Under the pieces are notes generated by a model. The model made no database searches. It saw only the letters and a list, made by a program, of their open reading frames with translations, and was not told the origin of the DNA. A stretch of DNA of 64,000 bases from Raillietiella orientalis (lineage: Eukaryota): positions 1,674,001 to 1,738,000 of the forward strand of contig JAYWIR010000011.1 in the NCBI GenBank assembly GCA_036172245.1, in the 5' to 3' direction. The position numbers were made by a program, and so were the translations under genes. Each line of letters starts with the position of its first letter. Positions within the stretch are counted from its first letter, which is position 1. Positions 27,506-39,828 of this stretch are shown piece by piece.

Positions 27506-28877
27506 GGTGACCGGCAAACCTGGAGAAGTGGACGTTCATCTAGACAGGTTCCAAAGGACGGCATCGTGGAACTGGCTGTGCGCGCCCAGCCCTGACGCAG
27601 TCTTTCTCGTGCAAGAAGCACATGCGGCAGGGTTCCCGCTATCGTTCAGCGAGCAACGGTAGCTTTCCTCGTTACCGGGGCCGACCCCGGCAACTCTGGC
27701 AACATGACGACATCCAAGTTACCTAGAGGGAGGACGCGAGCGTCGACAAAGCGCTGTCCGGACGATGCCGAGACGACTTCACCTCTTGAGCACGCGGACC
27801 AGCGTCTGTTTGGGCCTCTTTCTTCGAGGAAACGCGGAGGAATCTGACTCCAGCACACCGGAGAACCGGATTTCGTTCGACATCCCCTCGGGACATTCTC
27901 GTGGGGCTTCGTACCACGTGCATGTCCCCACCACGCCCTCTGCAGCCGTGCAGCGGCGTGCTTCCGGGGTCCTAAGCGTCGGTGCCTCCAGTTCGTGGAA
28001 GGGCCGCATCTTTCCGTGAGGATTCGGGGCGCCATCGGAAGGAGGGCGACTCGCAGGCGGACGCCGCAGGCTCCATGACCCCGTCGAGGAAGGAGGATGC
28101 AGCGCCGGCATCCCGGCGAGCCGAGAACCGCTCAGGAGAGGTGGGGAAGCCGGCTCGCAGGTCGCAAGCGCGCGAGGAAGGAAGGCAGCAGGTGCATCGA
28201 AAGGGGGGGGGGGGAAGGAGGCGAAAAGACAGGGCTGCCTTTCCTTTCCGGTCGGTCGGTCGGTCCTGATGGCGACTTCCGCTTGTGCGGCCCCTGCGCA
28301 GGGAAGACACGCAGCAGTCAGGCTGGCTGCTGCTGCTGCTGCTGTCCGGTTAGCGTCCCGTCGCTGCTGGGGAAGCGGCGGTGAGCATGCGTCAGGCCAG
28401 CACGCGCGAAGAATGGCCGTGGCCTTCTCCGTGCTGGCAGAGACCTACAATCCCGGAGGTCGCGGAGGACATCCGGAAGAGGAAGGGAGCGCCGTCGCCG
28501 CCGCCGTCAAGCTGCATTTTTCTTTCCTCCCTTCCGCTGGCGCTGCAGCCACCACCGCTGCCTAGTCCCCGTGAGAGTGAGCGTTTCTTTCAGGGGGCAC
28601 GAGCCGCGGGTCGGCGTGGCAAATCCAAGAGCCGGTAGGGTCTTGGCCTGGGTCGGCCGTCGACGGCGAGGAGCGTTGGCTCAGTGACGGTCGGTTTGCA
28701 AGCGACCTTTTTCCGTAGCCGAAGACTCGTGCAGCGCCCGTCGTTCTGTATCCCTCGTTGAGGCAGCGGGAACGGGAAGGGAGCGAGTGGTGGCCATGGA
28801 TCCCGAGTCGGAAAACTCCAGGCAGTGGCAGGTGACTGGGGAAGGGAGGAAGGCCGTGGCTGGCTGACCTGAGCAGC
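27506..28877 (+). repeat. 1372-bp direct repeat, copy 2 (L1/Tx1-like ORF2 C-terminal remnant on the minus strand, continuing to ~27150)
   Basis: Near-identical to 12059-13430. The leftward minus-strand extension reads LAAAWGQWFQGVWQRLRR...FFKCAW, like an L1/Tx1 ORF2 C-terminus. Confidence 0.97.
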
Positions 28878-29449
28878 CCCGCACAATGTAAGCCTTGTGG
28901 ATGCATATCAACAGCGTAATGAGGCAGGTACTTGGCTGCCAAGCATAGACGTCACTGTCTGCATCCTTATCGTAATCGTCTTCGTGGATAAGTTGCTGTG
29001 TTTCATTAGCGATTCTTTCCTGCTGATCTCTTGAGGTTTTCGTTCCGTTTCCCCTGCTGCTTGTTCCCAATTTCTCTCCGAAGTTTGCGAGGTTGTTCTG
29101 ATCATCTTTGCTGCCGGCCTTTTTTTTCTCTCGAAAACTTCACCACTGGACTCTTTTCCTCCGAGCCAGATGTCTTCCGCTTCGAACGGCGTCTTCCTTC
29201 AATAGGATCAAAAGCATCCGGATGTTTTGCATCCATTTGCTCCAGCCCCACTACCAAGAAAGACTCGAGCTGGGTGGCGCTCGGCTCCAAAGGCGCTACT
29301 CAGTCCATTTCGATTTCTGTCATCAACTGTTCCCTCGGTCGGATCTCCTGTAGGTTTTAAAAATGTCAACAAGGAAACCCAATACTCGAGGCGCCTAGCA
29401 AAGAGGAACTTCTATGCGAAAAGAACGTCATTCTGATCGCGTCTGGGCT

Positions 29450-31950
29450 CCTTATGGCTCACCATGAGAATGATTTCCAGTTATGGAGTCTATTGAGTTT
29501 GTTCTTTGAGATAATGGAGGAAACGGAGGTTCGTGACGCGCAACACAACGACTTTTCTTCCGTCTGCACCCTTGTAGTTTCCTGAAACACGGTCGGGCTC
29601 TGCCCTGCAACTTCTGCGAGAACTCATGGTTCCATTTGTAGAGGTCTCGATTTGAAGCAGTGGCAATTAGTTTTTGCATCACAGGAAGGCAACCTTCCAT
29701 GAGTACTGATAGCCATCGGAGATTAGATCTGGAATTCACTTCTAGATGGGGCTGCGGAACCGACGGAATACAAATCAAAAGATGCAAAATTAATGATGGA
29801 AATGGAATCCAAAAGAAACAAGCGCGACAGAACTGATCAGACATTCCAAGCTATCCATTGGATCGTCATCCATCAACCACTTAATTTCTGCTTTGTCTTC
29901 TGGTAGGATTGGATATCTCCGTTCCACGAGTTTCGACCTTGATGCTACGTTGATTCACGCAGTCACTCCTCATTTCCTCAAGCATATGAACTCATAAGAG
30001 GCTTTTCCGAAAAGGCTTGCTTTTCCTTTCTTTAGATGCAGCCATGCTGCAGAAAAGAGTGAACTCCAGAAGAAACAATTAGCACAAAGCTATCCGTTTG
30101 TCTGTTAAGAGAGAAGCTGACGGCATATTTGTAAAGAATGTACGGATACCATGTTCTTGGCTGGATGTCTTCAGGGGGCTGACCAACAGCCTAGCATCAG
30201 CACGAGCTCCTCAAGTTGCAAACTTCTCAACCGCCTTCCTTCTCCAATCTTCCATTGGAGCATTTTTTGTTGAGTCATGAAAGTGATACCACTGAACCAT
30301 AGCTGTCACAGCTGGTCCTCTCATTACTGAATTTGAAGGGTGAAGACCCTTTGAAGACCAACTTTCGTTTCGCCATGGGTCCGAGCTCACGTCACAGCAG
30401 ATGTTCTTCACTGACCATCACGGATGTAATGTAGCCAAGCATAACTTTGCTGAAAAAACATCTCTCAGGATGGAAGGCTGCTGCGCATCTTTACGAACAA
30501 TTAGAACGATGAGGAAATCACCTGCACACCTTTCCGCTTAGAGGAAGGCCGCTTCAGATATATGCGATACGAAAAGCACATTTTTGCTTTATTGGACCTC
30601 TGTCTAAGAAGCAGCTTCTTTCTACGGTGAATGAGTCGATTGGCCGCGGGAGTGAATAAAAAGCCATTCTCATTCGTGAATGGAGCATAATCGAAAGAAA
30701 ATCTCTTGGTGATAACTATTTTTAATCTCCAGTGGCAACAAGGCATCTGGAAAGTCTTCCTTGTTGGCTCACGCATATGCTCAGGGACCAGCGAGAATAC
30801 TCTCCGATCACTAATTCAAATCTATTAGTGATTTGCTTATGATTTTCTCTCTTGAGTGTCATATATATGTATTCTCTTACTCAGCGATAACTTCCCAGAA
30901 TGATTTCTTTAGTTTTCTAGGTTTACGTGCTTTCAAGATGCAAGCAGGTTGCTTGGATATTTCAACTGAGATGTGTAGAGATCAAATCCTCTTTTGGCTT
31001 GAGAAAATCTTGTTTCCAGCTTCCAGTTCGCGGGTTTTCTTTTCCTTTTTTGTCATGTATGTGTTTTGGAGTGATTTTTCCAGCAGCACAAAGCTTGGGA
31101 GCTCTACTGATGATGCACGAAAGAACTCACAGCGTCTTCGCCACTTATCCAATACAGATCTCCAAATAAGAGAGTTCAAACATGTGGACTCTGACTCGGA
31201 TTCGGATGAGTTTCCTTGAAGAGGAACAGGGAAGGGGTGCAAATGGAGTGGCGCTCCATGCAACCATCGATCCTGTTGCATAGTCATCTTTCCGTTCCTT
31301 TTGATGACAGTCGACGTCGTTGAAGTGTCTCGAAAGAAGCTATTCGTGCTTGTTATTCACAGAGATCAATTCCAAAAGATCGACTAGCTGCTTGCAGCTG
31401 CCAAACGGAGAGTTCCCTCCTCTTCCTCGAAGCATCTTGTGTTTCCTAACCCATCTATAGGATGCTCCAAAATCGATCTTCGTTACTAGTTCTTAGTCTT
31501 GTGGTTATTCGGCCTGAGGCCTCGTTGGCAGGGCAAAATAGATGAGACTATAAGGGTGCATGCTGGAGAATTCCGTGACTCCAGCTGTTCTTTTAAGTGT
31601 GCGGCGTGTAGAAAGGCAGGAGGAATTCAACCTCCAAGAACGAAGAGCACAGCTCCGGCCATAGAAATCCATCCTTTGCTGAAGCAACAAATGCTCAGCC
31701 GAAGAGACTCTTTCCTCCGTCGCCGGATTCAAGGACTCAAGTAAATCAGAAATTCCTGCCTAGAACACCAGATGGCAGCTTTGATGGCAAACACAAATGT
31801 CAATTCGTCCTCAGGGAAGCTCCCATGAGCATACTTGGTCTGAATTATGCCTTGGAACCGAGAAAGCGTCTCGTCTTCTTCACAGTTTACAGCATCAAGT
31901 TGTCAAAGGACGTTAGCAAACCAAAGTGCTTCCGTTTAAGATTCAGACAT
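29450..31950 (-). mobile_element. Degenerate L1/Tx1-like LINE ORF2 remnant
   Basis: SAEH...RSWRLNSSCL (SDH...G.WKLN.SLL signature, ~31600-31700), then KQAF/KASYEFI (EKAFD-like) and LMDDD (YADD-like). Confidence 0.45.
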
Positions 31951-32477
31951 GAGAGCTAGATGGATGAAAAAGAGCAAACAGGGGGTTTGGGACAAACAAG
32001 GCGCTAAAAGGGCGCGTTTTCCATTGCTGATGTTTATCCCGGAAACCAAATTGAGCTCGGAATTCGAACTCTTGAAACCCTAATATCAAAAAAAATAAAA
32101 AAATAAATAAATGGAAATCTAGAATCTAGAAGTTTCTAGAAATAGCTTCCCAAAAGCAATGCGGCTTTGAATTCCGCTTAGTTTCTCCTCTAAACGTGGG
32201 AGGCAGACTTCAGTGGCTGAGCAAACTGCGTTTCAGAGGACCCACAATCGATTACAGAAGCGGGGAAATGGGACGGTGTTAGCGGCACATTAAGCGGAAG
32301 ATTGCACAGTATCTTCCAGCTCGTGGGTAGGTGAGGAGCAGATTACAAGGCAGAGAGCATTGCTTTCAGGGATTTTTCCTCCCCTTGGACTCGTAGGAAG
32401 GACCAAATCGCTCCGGCAAACCGAAATCCTATGTCCCGCGCGATGGTGGTCAGATTTGCGCCTCACGTCTTAGGTGT

Positions 32478-32604
32478 ATGCACGGATGGCTGTCGTGTGC
32501 GCGCCTGGTGGCTACACGTTTCGTTTCTCTCCTTTTTTGGCTTTCCTGCTTCGGAAACGGCAACGGAAATCCGTCCTTCTCAGCGCCGCACCTTGGAAAC
32601 GAAC
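32478..32604 (+). CDS. Candidate signal-peptide (first coding) exon of the Sidestep-like gene
   Basis: Acceptor cacgtcttag|GTGT precedes the ATG. MHGWLSCARLVATRFVSLLFWLSCFGNGNG is signal-peptide-like. Ends in phase 1 (C|GTGGCG, weak donor), compatible with the phase-1 exon at 50156. Confidence 0.25.
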
Positions 32605-33095
32605 GTGGCGAAACTTGCCTTAGCAACGAGTCACGAGGAATGTCCTTTGGCGCGACGATTCAATGGAGGCTGTGCAACGGGAATTTCGTCTGAACGCGTA
32701 ACAACAGATGGCTTTCTTTTTCTCCTCCTCTTTTTTTTTTTTTTTTTTCAAGGTAAGCAGCAGGTTCATCTATCTCGACAACTACGACGCAATCAACTCT
32801 TCAGTGAAGTATCCCAGCAACAGCGGATTTGAGGCTGGGATCCAGTCTCAAATCTCCTGATGACTCCGAGACGCCATCGTATCTTTGAGCGACCACCGAG
32901 CACCAGATGACTATCCTCTGCCTGATGGCACCCTAAAGCTCGACTTTGCAGCAATGGTCTCCTTTTTGAATTCGTCTAGTCACCGAAGACTACAAGAGAA
33001 GCGAATCACCTCTCCTGGAAACAGATGCTACCGAATCACACCTGTTCCTGTATCCAGTGACAAAATCAAAAGAAAACAAAAAATGCTTTTCTCTC

Positions 33096-33126
<31 letters not shown>

Positions 33127-33498
33127 GATTCCATTGCTTCTTTTTTCAAAAAACAACGGGAATTTTAAAAAGCAACAAGGGAAAAACCATGTGACTTTCC
33201 TGGGAGGAAACGAAACCGCTTCGCAAATTGCCTGCGCGTTGCTTGCCAGCCGAGGAAATTTCAACCCGTGGAATTTTCTTCCATCCCCCCCTTCGCCCGA
33301 GCAGCGAAGATTCCTGGCTTGCGGCGAAAACGGGAATCGAACGGGAAGGAAAAACTCCGCGGCGCTGCTCATCAAGGTGGGAAGAGTTCCCGCCGACCGG
33401 GAAAGCAGGCGCCAAACGGCAGTCGCGGTAGGCGGAGGGGCGAGTGAAAACGGAGGGTTCCAAGGGGGAGGAGATCGGAGGAAGCGGAAACGGATCGG

Positions 33499-33530
33499 GG
33501 CGCCATGGACTTCCTGAAGTCCATGGCGCC
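33499..33530. repeat. Perfect hairpin (15-bp arms, 2-nt spacer)
   Basis: GGCGCCATGGACTTC-CT-GAAGTCCATGGCGCC. Confidence 0.95.
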
Positions 33531-33799
33531 GCATCCATCGACTTCCGTCCAGCGGATTTGAAACGCACCCTGCGGAGTCCCCGCCACCCTCCCGCACCAC
33601 GCGCGTTCATCGCCGGCAGCAAACAAGCAGACTGTTGCTCCCGCTGCAGGAAGGAAGATCGCGAGCGGAAGAGCTCCTCGGAGGAAAGTGGTCGTTCCTA
33701 TGGAATCGAGGCATCACGAGGCGCATGAATTCGGGAGAGGTATAAAGGTACAGCGCATCTGGTAATCTGCAGTGAATCCAGTGGGCACGAGCGCTGGCG

Positions 33800-34450
33800 A
33801 TGAGGACGTCTGATCCGGACTGATCTCCCGCAGTGGTTTGTCCTCCGATGTTTCCTGGACCCGGGCAGGCATCCCTGGAAGTGTTTCTCGTCTATGCGTT
33901 CGTGTTGCTGAACACGTTCGGAACAGCGTACGTCCTTCCCAGTGAGTATCCGATTTCTCTGGTTGGGAACGGCGCGTGTCAACTCTTTTGAGTCCCGTCC
34001 GCTCGAACCCTCCCGCTCCTCGAAAAAGCGAGGTCCCCAAGAGCACCGGCTGGCACGGGGGCTTCGGAGAGAGACGGAATGCAAGAGGAAGGAACCCCAA
34101 AGAAAACGGTTGGACGCGGTCCAACATGGAGAGCCGGCTGGCACGCGTCCTTCGAGTGTCAGCCCGAGAAACGCACCTGACCTTTCACGGCCCCCACGTT
34201 CAGAAAAATCGAGGAAATCTGCCTTTTTCCTCTGATCTATCGAGCACCCGCGGGATGGAAAGTTCCGACCTCCTCCCTGACCCCCTCGCTTTGGAAACGT
34301 AGAAGCTCCACGCATCCGCTCTGGAAGGCGCTCGATTGAAAGATGCTTTCATCCGGTTAGAACGCCAGGGTCCTCCCGCAACTGTGCTCGAAAAGTGCCG
34401 CTCTGGTGACCTTTTCTCTGTTCCCAGGCCTTCGAAGTAATGCGCTTAGT
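33800..34450 (+). mobile_element. Degenerate LINE RT remnant (plus strand)
   Basis: GRHPWK, RLARGLRR (GFR-like), RLDAVQH (AFD.V.H-like) and LTPSLW (LGP.LW-like) in order. Confidence 0.3.
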
Positions 34451-34999
34451 GACACAGTGCACGCGTCACAGTGCCTTGCAGAGACAGGAGGTTCCTACGC
34501 GGGAAAGTGATTGCGTTCTGGGGCCAACGGATCTTCTAGTGGGAACCTCCTCCTACCTTTCTGCTGCCTTACAAATGCGCGCTTCTGGTCAAGGTCTGCG
34601 AACGCACCTTTCCCTCACCATGCGTTTGTTTCTCTGCTTCTGGGGTGCGCTGTGTCATGGTGGGTTGTGCAGAGATGGAACCAGTCGACGCGCAGCCAGC
34701 ACTCCCACCTGAAACGCCGAAAAGTCCCACTGCGCATCAGCCAGATTTCATACCTCTGCACCTCGGTTCCAACTGGCGCCTTTTCTGCAGCGCAGAACCA
34801 GGCGACCTTTCCGATGCACCCTGCTAATTTGGAAGCCCACTGACTTTTAGGATACCTGAGGTGACTTCAGGGCACTTCCTTCAGGGAATTGGCTTCCATT
34901 CCCGGTTGACACCAACCATGAAAGGATCCATCCGCCCCTAAAATTCATGTGTTTCGGATAAAGCCAGGAGCCGAGAAGTTGTTAAATTTCGGAAGTTGC

Positions 35000-35900
35000 T
35001 CTTGCTCTGGATCGCTAAAGAAGAAAACCAGCTTTTCCAGAATGTTCAACCAGGTTTCCGAGGAGCGCAAGTGGTGTCCATTTTATCGTATCTTTGCGTC
35101 TTCATCTTGAGTTTCGAGCTCCTTGGAGCTGTCGTTCCTTGAGAAGCTTTTGACCTCTTCTCAACAGCCAAATCTTCGTGCAAGTTCCACATCGTCAAGA
35201 CTTTGCTCACCTTCCAGCGATTCACCGTCCGGTCTTATATGGCTTCGACTTTTTTTTTTTTTTTCAATCCATTTCGTGTTGCCCGCGTAGTGTTTGTTCA
35301 CTGCAGACACCTCAGAGCACCTCAGTGCTTCTTTCATTGGCTGCCTTTCACATTCACGCGACGACCTACAACCGGTGAAGGCCTCCAGCGGCCGAAAGAG
35401 AATCGTGAACCAGCTTCCAGCATCAAGGTAGCCACGCAGCAACAGCGCGTCCAGAGCTCGTTCCTCCAGTACCCACTTGCCATCTTGGAAGGTCTTTTTG
35501 GGATCTCGCTGTGATAGTAGCAGTAACAGGACACACTGGTCCTGAGCAAAGGAAGCGAGTTGCACTTTTTCGTGCCTACGAAGCTGACTTGAAATGCATC
35601 CACGAATCGAAAGACCTTTTCGTCCAATGCTTTTCGAAAGATTCGTGGAGACGTGACCTTGTTTGGGTCAATAAGGGAAATATCCGGAGCTGGGTTCGTC
35701 ATAATGCATCTGTCAACAGCCCATCAGAGCCGGCTCATGCAGAAGACAACCAAATCTCGAGGAAATCGAGTATGCGAATTCGTCGAAGGAAATACCAACG
35801 ACACTTGTACAGTACATCTCACGAGCTGCTTCACAGGCTACAACGAAGAGAATCAAGTTTGCTTTCCTTTCAGGAGGACCCATCTCCCCACTCAGACACC
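35000..35900 (-). mobile_element. Degenerate LINE RT remnant
   Basis: DISLIDPNKVTSPRIFRKAL, QVSF, RDPKKTFQDGKW (LD.KKAFD.V.W-like) and HYAGNT (YADD-like). Confidence 0.45.
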
Positions 35901-36723
35901 TATCTCAGGTGTCTCTCGCGTGAGATTCGATCTTTTGAGTGCAACCGCTGGGCACGGTCGGCAGCCTGAAACACACAAGTCCTCTTTTTTGTGTGTGTTT
36001 TTCACTTTTTCGATTTCCTTTGTCTCCGTCTGCATCGGCAGCACACCGAGGAATGAAGGACGCATCGAACATCAGGAAATTTATTGGTAGGCTTTGCCTC
36101 CCCACCCTCCAACAACGTAATCGTCTCTGGGACGTCAGTCTCTCTCTAAAGTCGATCCTCCATGCAAAATTTCTTCACTTCACATCGGACCTTTTTCCGA
36201 AGATCTGCCTCCAATTAGAACGAAAAACCCGTCAACGTAGGTTACTTGATTGTACGGTTTACATGCATCAGCTAAGCCCAAAGTCCGCTCTCCTTGGGTG
36301 GATCGCCTCAGCGACTGCAGTGCTTCTGGGACTCCATCTCTCACCACTCCACGCCTCGATCCAGTATGGCGCTCGGATTCTGGAGCACCAACGATTAATG
36401 CAGTTATGTACAACTTTCATGCGTTGCGTAGCCGGCTGGAAAGGGCACACGGAGATCATCCGGACGCCAATAGCTACAGACTGCGAAGTAAGAAGAGATA
36501 ATGCGGAAGAAACGAATTTGCCGAAGAGAAAACAATCCAGGGAAGTGCTTGCACCAAATCGTTTCTCTTTTACACGGACGCCGATTGCTCGCAGTGCCGG
36601 TTTCTGAACGATGCTGCAACCAAGCTACATCTTTTCCCTCTCTCGGACACTTGACAAAGCTAGGTTTAATTCAGATCGAAGAGGAAAAATGAAGAACGAA
36701 TCACTTGCCGATGGGCTTCGGTC

Positions 36724-36761
36724 GAGCTCCACTTTATCTCATCCGAGATAAAGTGGAGCTC
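36724..36761. repeat. Perfect hairpin (17-bp arms, 4-nt loop)
   Basis: GAGCTCCACTTTATCTC-ATCC-GAGATAAAGTGGAGCTC. Confidence 0.95.
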
Positions 36762-37734
36762 TCTTGTTTTCAATCTTTAACCCAATTTCCGCATTTCTGC
36801 TTCTTTCGTTTCAGCCAGCACTTTTACGACTTCTCGATCCCCCCATAAACCTTCATGCTTTTTCAGCGGTAATGATGATGACATTGCATACTTAGGCACC
36901 GGAATACTGGAAGTTCCTCAGTGATTTCAAAATGGCAGCGGAACTGCCGACGTGTACTTGGGCTAACGAGGTAGCGATGCGTTCTTAACCAGTTCTTCCG
37001 ACGGCGAATGTTCCACGTAGGGAAGACACCGGCAGTTCACCGATTGACAGCGAATGTCGGCAGGGCCTCGTTCTGGCAGGGCAGAGGATAAAAATTGCAG
37101 TGTATCCGAAACTGGCGGAGTCCGTTCCTCCGTGGAGGATGACTCACCACCGTTGTCTCACGCCGCTGTTACCAGCGCTGCGTGGATGAGGCCGCGTGAA
37201 TGCACGGGCGTGTTTCACATCCGAAAAGCACCGCTTCCATCCTGCACCTACGGCACGCATCGGTGGCTGTGCCAATCTTCAACCTAACCCTTTCCTGGAG
37301 TGGGAACTTTCCCTGCCGACTGCCAGTCCTTAAGTTACAAACGTGTGTTCGCGTGCACGGAGAATACGCCTGCAGGGCGGTTGCAGAGCAAGAATCTCCT
37401 AGAACGCGCAGGGAAACGGAAACCACGTGAGGAAAGCGCCTCGCCAACACCAGTGTTAAACCTCAAATGCGCACGTGGCATCCAATGATTTCCTGTTACC
37501 GGAATCGCGAGAGATCCCAAGTGAATGGGATGCGAGGTAGAGATGGAAACCGTAGTGTGTGACAAGTGTTGGAGCAGCGAATGAGAACACCATGCGCTTG
37601 GACTTCACCGTGGATGGGTGCATCTGCAGGATGGGACATCAAGAGCGCGTGAGCCTAAAGGACTTATTTGAGTTCTTCAAGGAAAAGATCGAGGCGCTTC
37701 GAGGAGTCCAGATCAAGCAAGCATTTTCCGCTTC

Positions 37735-38378
37735 GTCGTCGGCCCTGTGGCTTCTGCGGTCTCCGCGAATGGGTTCGAACCCCGTCCAGGAAAGGATTGG
37801 CACCGAGAAGTGGAGGACGCGTCGTAGGTTTCGAGTCCTCCTCACAGGATGACGCCGGTTGACCTCATGGACTTCAGGTGCGGCACTCGTGGCATCCTCG
37901 TTGACTGTCCGGGATGGGAAGTGGACCCTCTGTTAATCAAGGAGCCGATTCCCTTCGGGGCCCCCTCTGCTTGTGAAAATGGAGCCGTCCTTCCTCTTTG
38001 GAGTTGGTTGGTGCCTCTCCAGTGTCAAGAAGCGGGCTGCTCTCTTCGAGTTCTCTTCAGAGGAGAGAGAAGAAGAAATTCAGGAGCGAGCTTCGCTCTC
38101 TCTGCGAGTTCCTTCCGGAGATGGAATTCAGGAGCGACCCCCTTCGTGAGTACCTCCTGAGAGAAGGAGGAAGAGGTTTCCATCGGGGTTCCCTTCGGAG
38201 ACAACCAGGGCGAGGGTTCCTTTCGGAGTTCCTTCCCAAGCGTGAGAGGAACGGAATCCTTCCTCCGGAGCCCTTCCTGGATTCACACGGATCGAAAGTG
38301 ACATCCAAATAGACACGGTTCCTTCGCGGTGATACCCTAACTGGAAGAGTCGCTCGCAACCTCGGCTAGCGTGGACAG
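37735..38378 (+). mobile_element. tRNA-derived SINE, near full-length copy (~640 bp)
   Basis: B box GGTTCGAACCC at 37772-37782 and a second B-like box at 37828-37838. Colinear similarity with 51281-51897 from head to 3' end. Confidence 0.7.
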
Positions 38379-38884
38379 TGAGAAACTCAAACAGAACTTC
38401 GTTAGCCCCTAGGCAAACGGTTCTTGAGGGAGCAGCGAACCAAAAAAAGAAAACAAGAAAAGGTGTCCATTGCGGACTTGAACTCGGGACTCGGTACCTT
38501 GGAAACGAAGCTGTCGACTTCACACAGTCTCATGATTGCTTCATCAGATTCCTTGCTTCCTCGACTCTTTACTTATCGAGTCATCGGAGACCCAGTGGCT
38601 AGCACAAAGCGCTACAGAAATTGGAGGCGTTTTCTGAAAGAATTTGCACCTTTTCGAGATAGCCCTTCGCTCCATCTGCCGAATAGAGAGAGTCCCTTGA
38701 GCGGAAGTGTGCATTCCGGGACGGGAACCCACAAATAGATACGATCAGTTTTCTCGGGGGTGAACTGCGGATACGTGTAATTCCATGACGAAAGATCTTT
38801 TCCACTCGTCTCATTAAGTGATCACCTCCACATGTGCTGACTCTGCACGACCTCAACCTTTTCGTACATCTCTCCAGTCCTTCT

Positions 38885-39417
38885 GGACGTGCGCTCTTCC
38901 AGCTTCCGGAACGAAAGCAAGTTTCTTGCATCCGGTCGATCGCAGCTCCTACCTTGTGAACCTACTTGATTCGCCTGGGGGTCGCACGAGGGACGCACGA
39001 GCTCTGAAGCTCCCTCTGCATCAAAACCGCTTCCGGCCGCTTCTCTGGTCAGTTCTCATCCCCGAAAGGCTTATAGGGACGCTTTACCTGTGAAAGAGGA
39101 GGGTATTCTTTGTCAGCTTTTGCTGAGCCGAGCAGGAGGAATAAGAATGCAACCGCGCTCTCGGCAGAAAGATTTTCCACCTCGGCTACGTGACGGCCAG
39201 AGCCACTTCTGACTTGATTCAGTTGCGTCCCATGTTGTTCTTCCTCATCGGGGGCCCATGCCGTCCACCTTTGGATTAAGCGGAGGGCATCCCTTGGAAG
39301 CCGCAGTCAGGTCTTCCCACGTGGTCCTTATTCTTTTTTGTGGATGCCGGCCACCCGAAGGTCTGTTTCTTGGTAGACTGCCTGGAGTGGTCGCTCCCAA
39401 GTGATACTTCCTCCTTG
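38885..39417 (+). repeat. 533-bp direct repeat, copy 1 (LINE endonuclease end/linker on the minus strand)
   Basis: Matches 46160-46692 (offset 7275, about 8 substitutions). The minus strand reads SLGSDH. Confidence 0.95.
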
Positions 39418-39767
39418 TACTCACGCTCGTGTCTCTGAGGCCATCCTCTAATTCCAAACCCAACCCGATACCAAAATGGGGGGGGGGGGGACCCAGAATT
39501 CTCCTGCGCACCTTCTCAGCGCAGGTCCGCTCGCTCACAAAGTTCTCGAGGGTCGCAGTTTCGGCAGGTTCATCTTTTCCCGCAGTGGGCTCGGCACGAC
39601 TCGTCCCTCGTCCCCCTCTCTCGGAAACGGAGTTCCCTAATCAGTTGCCCATAGTTGCGAGGTGTGCTCACAGGAAACGCATCCGGCTGCACTTGATTTT
39701 CTGCTTCCGCTTCCACGGCATGAAGGCAGCCGTGCGCTCCGAGAGACGGCGAGGGAGTTCCCGCATC

Positions 39768-39828
39768 GGGAACGCTATTTATAGCCACGGGACGCTATTT
39801 ATAGGCACGGAACGCTATTTGTAGTCAC
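39768..39828. repeat. Three tandem ~20-bp units carrying CTATTTATAG
   Basis: gggaacgctatttatagccac / gggacgctatttataggcac / ggaacgctatttgtagtcac. Confidence 0.9.

Noticed and set aside
27380..27539. KERYY...AKALRPLQPEEQV resembling a Gypsy integrase C-terminus
   Set aside because: Short match with no integrase core nearby; the context fits a LINE C-terminus better.
12059..28877. Interpretation of the two 1372-bp repeats as LTRs of a 16.8-kb LTR retrotransposon
   Set aside because: No matching TG..CA ends, TSD, PBS/PPT or internal gag-pol. The repeat itself resembles a LINE ORF2 C-terminus.
38945..38985. YLVNLLDSPG resembling the EF-2-type GTPase LINLIDSPGH motif (also at ~46225)
   Set aside because: Isolated 10-mer with no P-loop or splice context, on the antisense strand of a LINE remnant; likely chance.
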